NCBI GenBank assembly: GCA_035457565.1
Contig: DATIBJ010000063.1
Location: 10,384 to 74,383 of the forward strand
Length of the DNA: 64,000 nt
From: Pyrinomonadaceae bacterium
Lineage (GTDB): Bacteria > Acidobacteriota > Blastocatellia > Pyrinomonadales > Pyrinomonadaceae
Direction of reading: 5' to 3'
Below, piece after piece: positions 11,008 to 20,000 of this stretch. Made by a program: the position numbers and the translations under genes. The notes beneath the pieces are model-generated. The model had not been told where the DNA came from. It did no database searches and saw only the letters and a program-made list of their open reading frames with translations. Position 1 is the first letter of the stretch, and every line of letters begins with the position of its first letter.

Positions 11008-11327
11008 TTGACTCCGGGAGCGATAGCCACAAGAAGTGATAAGCGCTCGCCGCCTTGATTCTCAACACCATGCGGGACACCCGCTGGAGCAACGACGAGC
11101 GTGCCTGAGCCAACGGTCTGCTGTTCGTCGCCAATCGTGAAGCGCCCGAGTCCACTCAAAACAAAATAAAGCTTGTCGGCGCCCTGGTGTGCGTGAACAG
11201 GCTGAACTTGATTGGGTTCGAGACAATTCAAGCCAATCATCACGTGCGCGCCTTGCCAAAGAGTGGTCTTATAAAACTTCTGTGTGTCAGCGCCTTCGAA
11301 GTCGCGCCAATTCAGAAAGTGAGACAT
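11004..11327 (-). CDS. Cupin-domain protein (metal-binding cupin_2 type)
   Basis: Taken from the internal ATG at 11327 (MSHFLNWRDF...), 107 aa. Cupin motifs PVHAHQGADKLYFVLSG and PAGVPHGVEN. The 56 upstream codons of the tracked ORF run into the REP array. Confidence 0.75.
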   Translation of the reverse strand: MSHFLNWRDFEGADTQKFYKTTLWQGAHVMIGLNCLEPNQVQPVHAHQGADKLYFVLSGLGRFTIGDEQQTVGSGTLVVAPAGVPHGVENQGGERLSLLVAIAPGVK

Positions 11328-11425
11328 GACGATTCCCTGCGTTTTGAAGTTCGATCTCAAGCTACCACAGGGAGAGGCAAAGGTGCGACAGCCGACCACG
11401 TCTCCTCCGGTCTGGGTCTCCGAGC

Positions 11426-11715
11426 ATTCAGTACCGTTCGCGGTAGCGGATGGCCTCCACTCGACAGACCAATCGCTGCGATCCGCCTCAGTCATTGTAG
11501 TGGTCTCCTATTTAGTACCATTCGCGGTAGCGGATGGCTTCCACTCAACGCACCAATCCCTGCGATCCACCTCAGTCATTGTAGTAGTCGCTATTCAGTA
11601 TCACTCGCGGTAGCGGATGGCCCCCACTCAACGCACCAATCCCTGCGATCCACCTCGGTCATTGTAGTAGTCGCTATTCAGTACCATTCGCGGTAGCGAA
11701 TGGCCTTCATTCGAC
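11426..11715 (+). repeat. Tandem array (3.5 copies) of an 83-84 bp REP-containing unit
   Basis: Unit starts at 11426, 11510, 11593 and 11676. Each unit holds the hairpin CCATTCGC-GGTA-GCGGATGG followed by caccaatccctgcgatccacctcagtcattgtagtagtcgct. Confidence 0.9.
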
Positions 11716-11717
11716 TC

Positions 11718-12227
11718 TCACGGCAGCTCATCGCCCTGCTCGTACAACACGTAGTCAATCGCGTTGGACAATGCTTTCTCGGTCCAAAGCCACCTCTTGC
11801 TGCCGCCATCCGCCCAGGGTGAATGGTCATACCTCCAACAACCTGCTTCCCGCAATTCACGCGTGGCATTTGCCTTCAGTGCGTTCAAAACAAGCTCGGG
11901 TTTCTTTCTGGAAGTAACGACGGTTTGCACGTGATTCGTGCGCGCGTTAACTGCCCACAGCTTCCACTTCCGAATTTTGCAAGTTTCACGAATCGCATGC
12001 TCAACCACATGTCTCCGCTCGGTGTGTAATTTCATCGGCGGAGATTTGAGCAGCGACTTTTCATATTTGACGCGCTGTGGGTTTGGTTGAATTTTTGGCG
12101 CGCCGTATAGATTGTGCGTGCGGTCCATCGATCCGCGCGGATCACCGTGAAGCCAAGTACCGTAGCAACGAAAGGAAATCAGGTAGCCGAGAACGCCGTC
12201 CGTATTGAACTTATCGTGAGGATTCAT
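11718..12227 (-). CDS. IS200-like Y1 transposase of the REP-associated (RAYT) type
   Basis: 169 aa. YLISFRCYGTWLHGDPRGS N-terminus, HUH-position motif NHVQTVV, Tyr motif AIDYVLYEQ. Flanked on both sides by inverted REP arrays. Confidence 0.75.
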   Translation of the reverse strand: MNPHDKFNTDGVLGYLISFRCYGTWLHGDPRGSMDRTHNLYGAPKIQPNPQRVKYEKSLLKSPPMKLHTERRHVVEHAIRETCKIRKWKLWAVNARTNHVQTVVTSRKKPELVLNALKANATRELREAGCWRYDHSPWADGGSKRWLWTEKALSNAIDYVLYEQGDELP

Positions 12228-12306
12228 ATGAGTAAACTCCGTCAGTGAGAATTAGGTGGGGGCAGATTATACATCCAGACCCGCACTAATACTCGTGCTG
12301 TGACGT

Positions 12307-12510
12307 GAGTGGAGGCCATCCGCTACCGCGAACGGTACTGAATCGCCGACACTACGATGATCGATGATGGATCGCAGGATTCGTGCGTTGAGTGGGGGCC
12401 ATCCGCCACCGCGAATGGTACGGAATCGCCGACACTACGATCACTGATGACGGATCATAGGATCGATGCGTTGAGTGGGAGCCGCTACCGCGCACGGTAC
12501 TGAATAGTGG
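12307..12510 (-). repeat. Tandem array (2.5 copies) of the same 83-bp REP unit, inverted relative to 11426-11715
   Basis: gagtggaggccatccgctaccgcgaacggtactgaat... is the reverse complement of the left-array unit. Unit starts at 12307, 12390 and 12473. Confidence 0.9.
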
Positions 12511-12526
12511 TAACATCGATCCCATT

Positions 12527-13636
12527 ATGATTGCAGGGTATGCAACTACTGAAGGCACGACTCGTTATCGAGATCGTTTTGCCGGCGCTGCGCCAAATCA
12601 TTTCCGCAATCAACAGAGGCTTCTTCTTTCATCGATTGGCATCGGCACTTACCTCGGCCAGCCAAATACAACTACCGATCAGAACTACGAAGAAGCGATT
12701 GTCCGCGCCGCCCAATCTGGTGTGAACATAATCGACTCCGCCGCCAATTATCGCTTCCAACGCAGCGAGCGAAACATCGGAGCGGCCCTTAAGACACTAG
12801 TCAACGATCTCGGCTTTTCTCGCGACGAGTTCGTCATCTGTACCAAAGGCGGCTACCTGCCCTTCGATGGCGCGCCTCCGCGAGATGTTCGTGGATACGT
12901 CGAAGAGACATTCGTCAAACCTGGCGTCGCAAACTTCGACGACATCGTCGGCGGAAGTCATTGCATGACGCCAGCGTATCTTCAAAACCAGCTCGATCAG
13001 TCGCGAGCAAACTTGAGTGTCGAATGTATCGATCTCTACTATGTTCACAATCCTGAATCACAACTGGGTCACATAAGTGAAGCCGAGTTTTATCACCGGC
13101 TGCGCATGGCGTTTGAAGCGCTAGAAAGCAATCGAAAACGCGGCGCGCTGCGAATGTATGGTGTCGCGACGTGGAACGGTTTCCGGGTTCCCGCTGACTC
13201 AAGTGACTATCATTCGCTGAATCGGATGGCCGAGATCGCCAGAGAAGTCGCCGGCGAGCAACACGGATTTCGCTTCATTCAACTGCCCTACAACCTTGCG
13301 ATGCCGGAAGCGCTGACGCTCAGAAATCACACCAACAAAAAAGATCACGTGTCAGTCTTGGAGGCGGCAGCTTCGCTTGGTATAACTGCGGTGGCCAGTG
13401 CATCTCTGTTACAAGGACGTGTTGCACGAGGATTACCAGACGCTGTCCGAAGTGCGCTCGGGTCGTTGCCGAGCGATGCACAAACAGCAATTCAGTTTGT
13501 TCGCTCTACGCCTGGAATCACGACAGCGTTGGTTGGGATGAGTAACGTCGATCACGTGGCGCAGAACCTCGAGCTGGTGCAGATCGACCCGGTAAGCAAA
13601 GAACAGTTCTACAATCTGATGGGACATAATCATTGA
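12527..13636 (+). CDS. Aldo/keto reductase family oxidoreductase
   Basis: 369 aa. Typical AKR layout (IDSAANYRFQRSERNIG, YYVHNP, FIQLPYNL). Confidence 0.9.
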   Translation: MIAGYATTEGTTRYRDRFAGAAPNHFRNQQRLLLSSIGIGTYLGQPNTTTDQNYEEAIVRAAQSGVNIIDSAANYRFQRSERNIGAALKTLVNDLGFSRDEFVICTKGGYLPFDGAPPRDVRGYVEETFVKPGVANFDDIVGGSHCMTPAYLQNQLDQSRANLSVECIDLYYVHNPESQLGHISEAEFYHRLRMAFEALESNRKRGALRMYGVATWNGFRVPADSSDYHSLNRMAEIAREVAGEQHGFRFIQLPYNLAMPEALTLRNHTNKKDHVSVLEAAASLGITAVASASLLQGRVARGLPDAVRSALGSLPSDAQTAIQFVRSTPGITTALVGMSNVDHVAQNLELVQIDPVSKEQFYNLMGHNH

Positions 13637-13660
13637 TTCGCGCCAGGGGCAAAAGTGCTC

Positions 13661-13737
13661 AGAACAGGAGCCAAGCGACTGCTTTTAACGTCACCAACTA
13701 ACTGCTAAAGTCGAATCAGTCGCTTCGCTCCTGTTCT
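13661..13737. repeat. Palindromic element, AGAACAGGAGCGAAGCGACTG family
   Basis: 21-nt arms at 13661-13681 and 13717-13737 with one mismatch. Related to the elements at 26324 and 29098. Confidence 0.85.
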
Positions 13738-13780
13738 AATTTGTTAGTTGCCGAATTCGATAAGATCTGACACGCGGTAA

Positions 13781-14119
13781 ATGTCGAATCGACGCTATAA
13801 CTCTTTCAAAGAGTTCTGGCCATTCTATATGGCAGAACACAGCAAGCCTGGGACGCGCTGGCTGCACCTGATCGGCACAGTCACGGGAACGGCACTAATG
13901 ATCTACTTCATTGCGTCTGGTCGATGGTGGCTCTTCCCATTGGGACTGATACCTGGCTACGGCGCGGCATGGTTCGCGCACTTTGTCATCGAAAAGAATC
14001 GACCGGCAACGTTTCAATATCCGCTCTGGTCGTTCATGGGCGACTACAAAATGATCGCCATGATGCTTACCGGAAGAATGAATAAGGAATTCTCCCAAAT
14101 TCAGTTAGAAAAGAAATGA
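13781..14119 (+). CDS. DUF962 (Mpo1-like) membrane protein
   Basis: 112 aa. FWPFYMAEHSKPGTRWLHLIGT, two hydrophobic helices, WFAHFVIEKNRPATF. Confidence 0.7.
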   Translation: MSNRRYNSFKEFWPFYMAEHSKPGTRWLHLIGTVTGTALMIYFIASGRWWLFPLGLIPGYGAAWFAHFVIEKNRPATFQYPLWSFMGDYKMIAMMLTGRMNKEFSQIQLEKK

Positions 14120-15150
14120 AGAAAAACATTCCTATCCCAGAGATCCCTCACGGCGAAGATCTTTGGTTAATCGTCCTCATCACACAAGTACGTGAGCGTC
14201 GCACACAGCAAGGACGTCTTTTCTGTGATGCAAGCGCGCGCAACTCAACTGGCATGCTGCCTCTGAAGATCTGGGGAGAAGTTCTCGAAGCCCAAAAACT
14301 CATTCGGCCGGGTCTCTGGGCAATCAGAGGGAAACTCGAGTCTTTTCAGGATCGCCCACAGTTCGTAGTCAACAAGTATCTCCCCATGACTATCGAGAAG
14401 TATCGCGAACATCAGGGATCGGATCCGGTCCTGCCAAAGGCGTATACCTTCGACATTGAAACGCTCACGTTACCCGATTTTCGCGAACGCATTGGCCCAC
14501 AGCTCGAACGACTGCTTCGACTCGGTAATATGCGGCTCGAACAACAGCAGCGCTATCTCGAAGATATCGCCGCGGAAGAAGAGCGCTGTTATTCACTCGG
14601 GTCATTGAGTGCAACGTCAGGCCGCATACTTTCAATCGCGGTTCACGTCGGTTCGATTCCGGGGTTGGACTTTGCGGGAATCGAACAACCGCAAGCGGAA
14701 TATGTATTCGGCATTGACGCTGACGGCAATGAACAGCCGGAGAAAAAAGCGCTCGTCGATTTTCTCGCGTTCATGAAATCGTTTGATCCTGAAATCGATG
14801 AACTCGTCGGTCACAATATAGTGGGCTTTGATCTACCGTTTATCTTCCAGCGATGTCTGGTGCACTGCATCTCTGCTCGACCGTTCGTCAACCTGGCGGA
14901 TTACAACGTGCGTGGTGTTTTCGACACAATGCGGCAATGGTGGCTGGGCGATCGACGAAGCCGCGTGAGCCTCGACGATATTGCCTGGGCGCTGGGAATC
15001 GAATCGAGCAAGACCGCGGACGTCGAAGGCAGCAAAGTTTTTGATTTGTATCAGGCAGGCAGGCTGGCAGATATTCGCGAGTACAACCTCAACGATGTAC
15101 GTGTAACGCGGAAGATTTACGAACGCATGGTGATGTGTTTCGGAAGGTGA
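14116..15150 (+). CDS. OB-fold domain fused to a PolB-exonuclease-like (DnaQ-fold) 3'-5' exonuclease
   Basis: 344 aa. YhaM-like OB segment at the N-terminus. Exo motifs FDIET (DxE), GHNIVGFDLPF, YNLNDV (YxxxD). ATGA overlap with the DUF962 stop. Confidence 0.7.
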   Translation: MKKNIPIPEIPHGEDLWLIVLITQVRERRTQQGRLFCDASARNSTGMLPLKIWGEVLEAQKLIRPGLWAIRGKLESFQDRPQFVVNKYLPMTIEKYREHQGSDPVLPKAYTFDIETLTLPDFRERIGPQLERLLRLGNMRLEQQQRYLEDIAAEEERCYSLGSLSATSGRILSIAVHVGSIPGLDFAGIEQPQAEYVFGIDADGNEQPEKKALVDFLAFMKSFDPEIDELVGHNIVGFDLPFIFQRCLVHCISARPFVNLADYNVRGVFDTMRQWWLGDRRSRVSLDDIAWALGIESSKTADVEGSKVFDLYQAGRLADIREYNLNDVRVTRKIYERMVMCFGR

Positions 15151-15325
15151 TGTTCGATAAACTTCACAGAATCGTAACCGCTTGCTCAACTGTAGGCCCG
15201 CGCGCGGGACGGCATTTCATTCACGCAACAACGTCTGGTATGATGCTCTGCGTTAGATAGGATTGCACCTTGCGCTTTCGTATTGACATCAGCAGATCCA
15301 ACGTCAGAACCAGGGAAACCACTAC

Positions 15326-16822
15326 ATGTTTTCGACCATTGCACTCTTCCTGATTGGCGCGGCAATTGGCGCAGCGATCTGTTGGCTCGTTAGTCGCACC
15401 AGGATCAGAACGGAATACGACCGCGCGCGACGCGAAAGCGATACTGAACGCGCAACGATTCTGGAACGTCTTTCAGGAAAGGAAGTGCAAATCGACGAGC
15501 TCAAAGAGACGCTCGAACGCGAATGCCTGCAGTCTGCCAACCTTCGAAACGAAAACGCCAGCGCTATCGCCCAGCTCTCTGCCGCTCAAGCTCGACTCGA
15601 AGAAGAGCGTAAGGCCAACCAGCAGAAGCTCGCCCTTATCGACGAAGCGCAGAAGAAGCTCGCTGACGCGTTCAAAGCGCTTTCAGCCGACGCGCTGCAA
15701 AACAACAATCAGTCGTTTCTCGCGTTGGCCAAATCCACCCTTGAGCGTTTTCAGGAAACAGCCAAAGGCGATCTAGAGAAGAAAACCCAGGCAATCGACG
15801 AACTAGTCAAACCACTCAAGGAGTCCCTCGAAAAGGTTGACGGGAAGATCGGTGAGCTTGAGAAGACACGCGCCGGCGCTTATGCAGAACTGCGCGAACA
15901 AGTGAAAGCACTGGCAAGCTCTCAGTCTCAACTTCAAGCCGAAACTGGAAATCTCGTGAAGGCCCTGCGAGCACCACACGTGCGCGGCCGCTGGGGAGAG
16001 ATCCAGTTGCGACGCGTCGTCGAACTTGCAGGCATGCTGCAGTACTGCGACTTCATCGAACAGGAAACCGTCAACACAGAAGAGAGTCGGATTCGACCTG
16101 ATCTCATTGTTCGTTTGCCCGGAAACCGCACGATCGTCGTCGATTCCAAGGTCCCCTTCGACGCCTTTTACGAATCGATTTCCACCAGCGACGATGAGAT
16201 CCGCGCGAACAAACTGAAGGAGCACGCGCGCCTCGTTCGCACGCACATCACGTCTTTGAGTCGGAAATCGTATTGGGACGCCGTACAGCCAACTCCAGAG
16301 TTCGTGCTGCTCTTTCTACCAGGCGAAACGTTTTACAGCGCCGCGCTTGAGCAGGATCCAAAGTTGATCGAAGACGGTGTTACTGAAAAAGTCCTTATCG
16401 CCACTCCCACTACTCTCATCGCATTACTCAAAGCAGTTTCCTACGGCTGGCGCCAGGAGCAGATGGCGACGAACGCCGAAGAAGTGAGCAATCTCGCGAA
16501 GACCTTGTACGATCGGCTTCGAGTTTTCACAAATCACTTCGACGATATTGGACGGAATCTCGATCGCGCACTCGACTCCTACAATAAAGGTGTTCGCTCA
16601 CTTGAAGCGCGAGTGCTTGTGACGGCGCGAAAGTTCAAAGAGCGCGGCGCAATTGCGGGCGACGAGGTCGAAACGCTTGAAGCGATCGATAAAGCTGCAC
16701 TGCCGTTGAACCTCGACGAAGGCGGTCTCTTCCCCGACCTCGTTGCTGCTGATACAGAAGAAAACGGCGAAGAGGAACTGCCGTTGCTGAAGTCTCAGGG
16801 TGTGAGCGCCGGCGAAAACTAA
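15326..16822 (+). CDS. rmuC: DNA recombination protein RmuC
   Basis: 498 aa. N-terminal TM helix, long coiled coil, RmuC nuclease-fold region (RGRWGEIQLRRVVE, VVDSKVP, LFLPGE). Confidence 0.9.
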   Translation: MFSTIALFLIGAAIGAAICWLVSRTRIRTEYDRARRESDTERATILERLSGKEVQIDELKETLERECLQSANLRNENASAIAQLSAAQARLEEERKANQQKLALIDEAQKKLADAFKALSADALQNNNQSFLALAKSTLERFQETAKGDLEKKTQAIDELVKPLKESLEKVDGKIGELEKTRAGAYAELREQVKALASSQSQLQAETGNLVKALRAPHVRGRWGEIQLRRVVELAGMLQYCDFIEQETVNTEESRIRPDLIVRLPGNRTIVVDSKVPFDAFYESISTSDDEIRANKLKEHARLVRTHITSLSRKSYWDAVQPTPEFVLLFLPGETFYSAALEQDPKLIEDGVTEKVLIATPTTLIALLKAVSYGWRQEQMATNAEEVSNLAKTLYDRLRVFTNHFDDIGRNLDRALDSYNKGVRSLEARVLVTARKFKERGAIAGDEVETLEAIDKAALPLNLDEGGLFPDLVAADTEENGEEELPLLKSQGVSAGEN

Positions 16823-16823
16823 A

Positions 16824-17086
16824 CCAGGAGCAGGAGCAGCCATGCAGCAGGAGAGTTTAAAGCGTCTCGACAAGAAATCATTGGTCAGTTTTCATTTGAC
16901 ATTTATCAGTTGTCATTTGGTCAGCTCACACGCAAAACTTTTCGATAAGAAGTGAGATGGATCTTCAGCCTTCTAAATGAAAACTGACAAATGTCAATAA
17001 CAAATGACCAATGATTTCTTTTCGACACTTAAACTACTTCCTTGCTGATTCCATTGGTGCTGCCCTGCCTCCTGCTCCTGCTCCTG
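16824..17086. repeat. 263-bp composite hairpin (CAGGAG, TTTAA, CATTGGTCA and GTCATTTG words)
   Basis: About 100-nt left arm at 16824-16924 pairs with the right arm at 16974-17086. The outer ends are ccaggagcaggagcagc and cctgctcctgctcctg. Confidence 0.85.
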
Positions 17087-17099
17087 ATTTTCAAGGTCT

Positions 17100-20000
17100 A
17101 TGGCTAGTGGTCTGAATCAAATCTGGTTGGGTCCGGTGTTGGGCCACAACCGCGCACGCCTAATCGAAAGTTGCTCGCAACTTGTCGCCAGTAATCGGAG
17201 TGACGAATTTCTGTATCTCGCCGCTTCACGACCTCTGCTCGAACTGGTAACACAACAGACTCTCGATGGACAAAAAAATCGAGGTGTTTGGGGTGAACTG
17301 CCTGTCTATCTTTTCCGAGGATTCGTGAGACGTATCCTGACCACATCCGTTGATGCCGAAGGACAACGACTCCCACCACGTATTCCCATTGACCGCGATG
17401 AATTGCCGCTGAAACGCTGTCTCATTTCGCAAGTTCTTGCGCAGCTGCAAGCAAACCGGCAACTAAAGGCGCTGGAGCCTTTAGCCTCACGCGATGGTTG
17501 CATAAATACGATTTCGACCCTGGTTGGTGAAATACAGCGCGCAGGAAAATCGCCCGAGGAACTAACAAAGATCGTTGCCGACCGAAAACAGGATCTGTCA
17601 GCAGAGTCGACCACCGGCAAATCACAGATCGATTACGACCACGAAGTCGCTCTAATCTATTCCACTTATTCCGCACTGCTCGAGCGCAATCTGCTTACTG
17701 AAGACGACGCTGATCAACTTCGCGCTTTGAATGTCTTGCGTGGTCAGGCACAGGTACCGTGGCTGAAAAACGTCAAACTGCTAATCCTCGACGGCTTCTT
17801 CGATTTCACGCCTGTGCAAGGGGAAATTCTGCGGAATCTAATCCCCGCGATACCTGAGACACTAGTAAACCTTGATTACGACGAGCGCAATCCGGAGATC
17901 TTTCTGCCGTTTCAACAGACGATCGAACAACTGGGATCGATTGCTTCGTTTGAGACGAAACGAACCTCGGATCAGGTTCAAACAAGCGGCGTTCTCTCCA
18001 GGCTGCGAGCGAATCTGTTCAATACCCAGGTTGCTGTCACTGAAGACTCTCCCTCATCGTCAGATTCGAAAGCGAATCAACAAACGGACATTCGATATTT
18101 GGAGTGTGGCGATCGCGACACCGAGATTCGCACCATAGCTCGGGAAATAAAGCGCCTGGTGCTCTCAGAGAAATACAGCCTGGCAGACATCGCATTAGTG
18201 GTGCGCCAGCGAGCTTCATACGCGGCGACGATTGCGCGCGTAATGCACAAAGAGTCAGTTCCGTGCAATCTCGAACCGCGAGTTGATACCAAAGATGTGC
18301 CTGCAATTCGCGCAGTTCTAAAACTCCTCGACATTCTGGAAGAAATATCCAGCGGCGCTGCGATCGCGCTGCGTGTTAGTCCGCTCGCTGATCTAATTAA
18401 GTCGGAGTACTTCCGACTTGGCGACGCTGATCTCGAATCACTCTCCAAACAATTTGATGAAACATATCTGGACCTTTTGGAGTCCGGTGACAGGTCAGCG
18501 CACTCCATAGACGACGCCAAACGACTGAAGCTCCGCCACCGAATTGGTTTGTGGGACGCCGATGCACTCGAGAATGCCTTCGCTTACGTTGGCAGTGAAT
18601 TGCCTGTCGGCAAGTGGTTGGATCGCGCAGGTCAACTAATTCGTGAGTTGCCGCATGCTGAAGCTACGAAAGAGATTCTTAACATCGACTCCGGCGCTAT
18701 CGATCGCGATGCAGACATCGCGGATCAACTTGAGAACGCTGAAACGGCCAAGCTTGAAGATAAAGGTGTGGCGCGGAAACGTAGGCCGTCGAAGGATATT
18801 CATCCCGCAGCACTCGCATGGACGTCGCTCGTAATCCGGCGCTTCGCAGAATTGATTCAAGCTGTGCCGCAACAAGCCACACCTGCGTCGCTGCGGCTCG
18901 AGTTGATGCGGCTGCTCGAGAGTTTGCAGTTTCGCGAGCAGATCGCGAGGCCCGTTCGACAAACCGCCGACGATCACGAGTTGCCGCAAGTGATGCTCAA
19001 CTTCAATGGCCTCGAGTGTTTGCGTCGCGCATTTGTGGCTTCGATTAAGAGCATTGAATTGGGAGCGGGCAGCGCTCGAAAAGACGTCGAACACGTTGCC
19101 CAACTCGCAACATTCATCGCGGAGGTTCGCCGGGCACTAGCATCACAAACCCAAATCTTCGGCGCTGCCGATCGGGCCGGCTTGCGCGTGCTCGAAGCTA
19201 CTGACATCCGTGGTCTGAAGTTTCGTGCGGTTTTTGTCGCCGGTCTGGTTGAAGGAGGATTCCCTTTGCGCGCCTCACGCGATTGGATCTATCCGCACGA
19301 GGAGCGCGACCGTCTGAAACGTTATGGACTGATCCTCGAAGACATTTCTCCCGCTACCTTACTAAAAGAGGAACACTATTTTTATCAGGTCGCATGCCGT
19401 GCATCGGAGCGCCTCTATCTCACGCGGCCACTGCTTCTCGACGACGACGCAGAGACAGTTGCCTCCTATTACATCGACGAGCTCAGGCGCGCAATTGCGC
19501 CTTCCAAGATCATTCCGGAAACGATCCGCCGCGATTACGACGGAAAGAACATTACGGACGTATCAAGCGCGAGCGAACTCCGAATCGCCCTGGTCCGCCA
19601 ACAGGAGAGGCACCGACATCAGGCTGACAAAGCGGGACTATTACCCAAGGCGCGAGTCAAGAAACTACTGACCCTCGCACGCAACGATGGTCTACTCACG
19701 GATGAGGCATTGCGCCGCATCGAGATCGAACGAGAGCGATCTGATCGCGGTTTTGGCCCATACGATGGCCAGATTACTGATCCGGATCTGCTGCGGCTCT
19801 TGCGACTGAAGTTTGGTGATGAGTTCGTGCACAGCGCCAGTGGTCTGAGTGTCTACGGCAACTGTGGCTATCGTTTCTTTGCTCAGCGCCTACTTCGATT
19901 AGAACCTCGCGGTGAAGCGGCACTCGATCTCCAGGCGATCGACGCAGGCAAATTACTGCACGACATTCTCAGAAGGTTTTTTGAGCAGCACCGTCGCCGG

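Noticed and set aside
11187-11696. Tracked ORFs 11187-11696, 11326-11613 and 12352-12558, and the first 56 codons of ORF 11004-11495
   Set aside because: All are read through the 83-bp repeat units, and their peptides repeat with the DNA period. The cupin domain starts cleanly at the internal Met (11327).
11426-12510. Regularly spaced 83-bp repeats that might be a CRISPR array
   Set aside because: The units are contiguous tandem copies with no unique spacers. The two blocks are inverted around a Y1 transposase gene, and no cas genes are present. REP arrays are the better explanation.
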